Made by a program: the position numbers and the translations under genes
DNA from: a virus
Length of the DNA: 27,620 bases
IMG/VR virus record: IMGVR_UViG_3300046484_000120
Strand: one strand, 5' to 3'
Shown here: one piece after another, positions 25,143-27,620 of the stretch
How the letters are laid out: each line of letters begins with the position of its first letter
Numbering within the stretch: the first letter of the stretch is position 1
Notes under the pieces: model-generated
Seen by the model: the letters and a program-made list of their open reading frames with translations, nothing else
Told to the model about the DNA's origin: nothing
The model's database searches: none

Positions 25143-25511
25143 ATGGCATCAATTTCGAAAATTGACGAGCGCAAGCCTTGGGGATTCGAATTCCTCTCCT
25201 ACCGCAGAATGAGTAGATACACAGAAATTGCTAAGCGTCTCCAAAGCGGAGAAACTGTCACGTATAAAGAGTTCGGTAATTCAATGTTACCAAAGATGAA
25301 AAGTGGCGTGAAGGTAAGTGTCCGCCCCTGTAAATTAGAAGATTGTAATGTTGGTGATATTGTCCTATCTAAAGTACATGGAGCCCATTATTTGCACTAT
25401 GTCAAGGCTGTAGCCTCTGATGGTAAGGTTCAGATTGGAAATGCCCATGGACATATTAATGGATGGACAAGAACTGTCTTTGGTAAATTAGACTCCTTTG
25501 AAAATCCATAG
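25143..25511 (+). CDS. hypothetical protein
   Basis: Track ORF 25071..25511, trimmed to the ATG at 25143 (MASISKIDE...) to avoid overlap with the upstream small ORF. Confidence 0.4.
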   Translation: MASISKIDERKPWGFEFLSYRRMSRYTEIAKRLQSGETVTYKEFGNSMLPKMKSGVKVSVRPCKLEDCNVGDIVLSKVHGAHYLHYVKAVASDGKVQIGNAHGHINGWTRTVFGKLDSFENP

Positions 25512-25610
25512 TCGAGAAACGCGAAGTTCACGGCTATAAATTCAGCTAATAATTAAGAATAGATTTAATACCAAGATGCTTTACATAGGTAAAGTAAACC
25601 ACATCGGTTC

Positions 25611-25643
25611 AGCCCCGCCGCCTTAGTTGGCCGTGGGGCTTTT
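25611..25643 (+). terminator. rho-independent terminator candidate
   Basis: GC-rich imperfect hairpin AGCCCCGCCGCC...GGCCGTGGGGCT followed by TTTT. Confidence 0.45.
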
Positions 25644-25735
25644 GGGGTAGGTGCTCAATACTCAGATGGTACGAGAGCCACACCTGGATCCATTAGGCAG
25701 CGGTGACCATGACGCAGGGATAGACCGAATTCGAT

Positions 25736-26028
25736 GACAAGCGGATATTACAGCTAGTCTGGCATTGGAAAGACAATTGACAGCTCTGAGAAAGATCAGA
25801 GATCGAAGGTAAGCGGATTGCAGCTCCCTGGAATCTGGGAAGACAGATGACGGCCGGAAAGACAGCAAAGTCGATGAGTAAAGCGGACATGTATAAGCAG
25901 CTTCCCGACAATTCGGATAGACGATTGACAGCTGGAATTAGACAGCAAATCTCGATGATAAGCGGAGCAAATTTATACAGCTACAGACAGCGGGAAAGAC
26001 AGCTGACGGCGGGAACAGACCGCATTAT
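25736..26028. repeat. degenerate tandem repeat array (~4 units of 70-80 bp)
   Basis: Units begin with AAGCGGA at 25738, 25811, 25881 and 25960. Recurring sub-motifs are GAAAGACAG, TTGACAGCT(C/G)G, GACGGC(C)GG(G)AA and GACAGCAAA(G/T)(C)TCGATGA. Several motifs resemble the D-arm region of the two downstream tRNA-Ser genes (GGCGACGGAAC / ACAGCTGGCGATGGAAT). Confidence 0.5.
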
Positions 26029-26113
26029 GGAGAGTCAATCCGATTGGCGACGGAACCTGCTTGGAAAGTAGACGAGCGTAACAGCCTTGTGAGTTCGAAT
26101 CTCACACTCTCCG
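26029..26113 (+). tRNA. tRNA-Ser (anticodon GGA), type II
   Basis: Acceptor GGAGAGT/ACTCTCC perfect; D arm TCCG-ATTGGCGA-CGGA; anticodon arm CCTGC-TTGGAAA-GTAGA; ~16-nt variable arm; T arm GTGAG-TTCGAAT-CTCAC; discriminator G (serine-type). Confidence 0.65.
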
Positions 26114-26118
26114 CAAAG

Positions 26119-26565
26119 ATGAATGTTAACCAAAAAGGCGTGGTTGGTTTGGTTAAGGTAATATCCGATTTAGTAAGTAGAGGATATGAAGTATTCACGC
26201 CAATTTCTGATTTTTGCCCAGTTGATATTATTGTGGCAGATAGTAAAATGAACCTTAGGAGGATACAGGTAAAATACCGTGAACATGACAACAGGAATAA
26301 GAATGCAATAGTTGTACAACTTGACTCAATAGTAAATGGGAAAAGAGTTCCAGTTGATGTTTCGCTAATTGATGGGTGGGCAATATATTTCCCTGAAACT
26401 AATGAAATTTACTACGTTCCCAAAAGTGAAGTGCAGGGCAGGAGTATTTGGCTATGCATTAGGGAGTATAAATTAAGAAGAAACAAATTAGCAAGTAAGT
26501 TTCTTGATCCTGATAGAATTTTTGGAGAGGCAATCCAACAGCTGGCGATGGAATCTGGTTGCTAA
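26119..26565 (+). CDS. PD-(D/E)xK nuclease resembling archaeal Holliday-junction resolvase Hjc
   Basis: Track ORF 26044..26565 trimmed to the ATG at 26119. KGVVGLVKVISDLVSRGYEVFTPISDFCPVDIIVADSKMNLRRIQVKY...GWAIYFP parallels the Hjc pattern (KGxxxERELxxLLExxGFAVVRSAGSKKVDLVAG...IEVK...GW). The 3' end overlaps the first ~40 nt of tRNA-Ser(GCU). Confidence 0.5.
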   Translation: MNVNQKGVVGLVKVISDLVSRGYEVFTPISDFCPVDIIVADSKMNLRRIQVKYREHDNRNKNAIVVQLDSIVNGKRVPVDVSLIDGWAIYFPETNEIYYVPKSEVQGRSIWLCIREYKLRRNKLASKFLDPDRIFGEAIQQLAMESGC

Positions 26566-26613
26566 CCAGACGAGTTCGAAAGGGCCTTGCGAGTTCGACC
26601 CTCGCCCTCTCCG
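26524..26613 (+). tRNA. tRNA-Ser (anticodon GCU), type II
   Basis: Acceptor GGAGAGG/CCTCTCC perfect; D arm TCCA-ACAGCTGGCGA-TGGA; anticodon arm TCTGG-TTGCTAA-CCAGA; ~18-nt variable arm; T arm GCGAG-TTCGACC-CTCGC; discriminator G. Confidence 0.65.
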
Positions 26614-26627
26614 CAATATGAGTACCT

Positions 26628-27128
26628 ATGAAAAAAGATACCTTCTACGATCAATATCCACTTGTATTTCCCACACGAGAACCTGAACAAGGTTTTCATT
26701 GTGGCAAGGGATGGTATCAACTTCTGGATTGCCTATTCGAAGTAATCCAAAAACACCTTGAGAAGCTTGCAGAGCCGCCTCCGTTCCGCATTACTTACAT
26801 CAAAGAGAAGTATGGCACGGTGCGCATCGGCTACGAGCACGCCACAGACTACATCAAGGAAACCCTCATCCAAGCCGAAGAGATGAGCGGACACATTTGC
26901 GAAACATGCGGCGAGTATGGCAAGCTTCGTGACTCCGCGCTTTGGATCAAGGTTCGCTGCGATGATTGCGAAGAGAAACATTTCGCATATCAAAACGCAC
27001 CATTGTCTCCAGAGTCTCAAGCGGCGCTGGATGAGGGGCTACGTAGCGCCAAGGCTGACATCGAAGCTGGGAAGCCCCCGATTGATCTCGGGAGCTTCGC
27101 TCAGTACGCTGATGACGATGAAGAGTAG
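26628..27128 (+). CDS. hypothetical protein with CxxC...CxxC pair and acidic tail
   Basis: Track ORF; CETCGEYGKL ... CDDCEEKH; GC-richer than its surroundings. Confidence 0.5.
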   Translation: MKKDTFYDQYPLVFPTREPEQGFHCGKGWYQLLDCLFEVIQKHLEKLAEPPPFRITYIKEKYGTVRIGYEHATDYIKETLIQAEEMSGHICETCGEYGKLRDSALWIKVRCDDCEEKHFAYQNAPLSPESQAALDEGLRSAKADIEAGKPPIDLGSFAQYADDDEE

Positions 27129-27137
27129 GTGTTACTC

Positions 27138-27596
27138 TTATAGTATCACCATAGTCTCTCCGCTCGGTGCAACAAACCAATCTTTCGTCAGCTTGTCTCG
27201 AAAGATTAACCAATCAGTAGATAAGATCTTATCATCTACAATTTCGCACCTAAGCCTTTCTTGAATTCGCTTTAAGTTCTTATAATATCTCTGCTGATTG
27301 TTTCCGTAAAAATTACCTAGCACATATGCGTGCTTATCTGTCCATAGGTGCCATGACCCAAAACAAGCGGCCACGTCACCCTTTTCTTTTCGGAATTTTC
27401 TTGTCGGAATTGGATCGCCTTCTTTGACCGTTTTGCGAAATTCTTCTAGAAAGCTAGGATAACGATCTAGAATTTGTTCATTTGTCAGGTTTATAGATGG
27501 GAATCCTGTGAATAAACAAGACATCAAGCTGCCATCTTCCCATATAGCCCTATCATGCTTGAAAATCTCAACGTCATACTTACCACTTGAGAACAT
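27138..27596 (-). CDS. hypothetical protein (152 aa)
   Basis: Track ORF, convergent with the previous gene. Confidence 0.45.
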   Translation of the reverse strand: MFSSGKYDVEIFKHDRAIWEDGSLMSCLFTGFPSINLTNEQILDRYPSFLEEFRKTVKEGDPIPTRKFRKEKGDVAACFGSWHLWTDKHAYVLGNFYGNNQQRYYKNLKRIQERLRCEIVDDKILSTDWLIFRDKLTKDWFVAPSGETMVIL

Positions 27597-27620
27597 AGGA
27601 TAGACCCGAATATGGGCGCT

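Noticed and set aside
25662-26071. Three overlapping track ORFs (25662..25868 -, 25693..25911 -, 25847..26071 +) in the tandem-repeat region
   Set aside because: They overlap one another and the repeat array / tRNA-Ser. The repeats have periodic structure rather than coding signal, so none is accepted as a gene.
1-27620. Genome-wide TAG recoding (alternative genetic code)
   Set aside because: Nearly all long genes (MVP, GT51, NadK, SAH, HNH, VWA and others) are intact under the standard code, and several use TAG as a terminal stop. The evidence supports at most gene-specific suppression at the PTH2 locus.
1-27620. CRISPR array or integrase/transposase
   Set aside because: No short direct repeats with unique spacers were seen. 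The only repeat array (25736-26028) has 70-80-bp degenerate units. No tyrosine/serine recombinase or DDE transposase motifs were recognised in any ORF.

Overview
The window is AT-rich (about 40% GC by eye), gene-dense on both strands, and best explained as a segment of a large (jumbo-type) bacteriophage or prophage. The features point that way: AGGAG-type ribosome-binding sites, ATGA start/stop overlaps, a glucosaminidase-type peptidoglycan hydrolase (putative lysin), an HNH endonuclease, many small zinc-ribbon ORFs, and 14-15 tRNA genes in four clusters.

Two things stand out. First, a PTH2-family peptidyl-tRNA hydrolase gene (9735..10076) is contiguous in one frame only if two in-frame TAG codons (9741-9743 and 9831-9833) are read as amino acids. 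An amber-suppressor-type tRNA (anticodon CUA, long variable arm) lies 18 nt downstream at 10094..10183. Second, there is a full-architecture homologue of the eukaryotic major vault protein (4478..7067). It has N-terminal vault repeats, an SPFH-like shoulder, a cap helix and a cap ring. It is split by a +1 frameshift near 4826-4832 and sits in a GC-richer island.

The tRNA genes form isoacceptor sets: Gly (GCC, UCC x2, CCC), Ala (GGC, UGC x2), Thr (UGU, CGU, plus a degenerate GGU-like copy) and Ser (GGA, GCU). There is also a tRNA-Ser / Hjc-like PD-(D/E)xK nuclease / tRNA-Ser cassette, preceded by roughly four degenerate 70-80 bp tandem repeats that resemble the 5' part of tRNA-Ser.

Other recognisable genes are NAD kinase, a YpsA/SLOG (DUF1273) protein, a small alarmone (ppGpp) hydrolase with a SpoT/Mesh1-type HD domain, and an HD-domain protein resembling the C-terminal domain of CCA-adding enzymes. 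There are also a SAM-dependent methyltransferase, a GT51 peptidoglycan glycosyltransferase fused to a large unknown N-terminal domain, a Dps/ferritin-like protein and two VWA (MIDAS) proteins.

All calls come from reading the sequence and from remembered family motifs. No database search or tRNA-finding software was run. Manually derived coordinates may be off by 1-3 nt.
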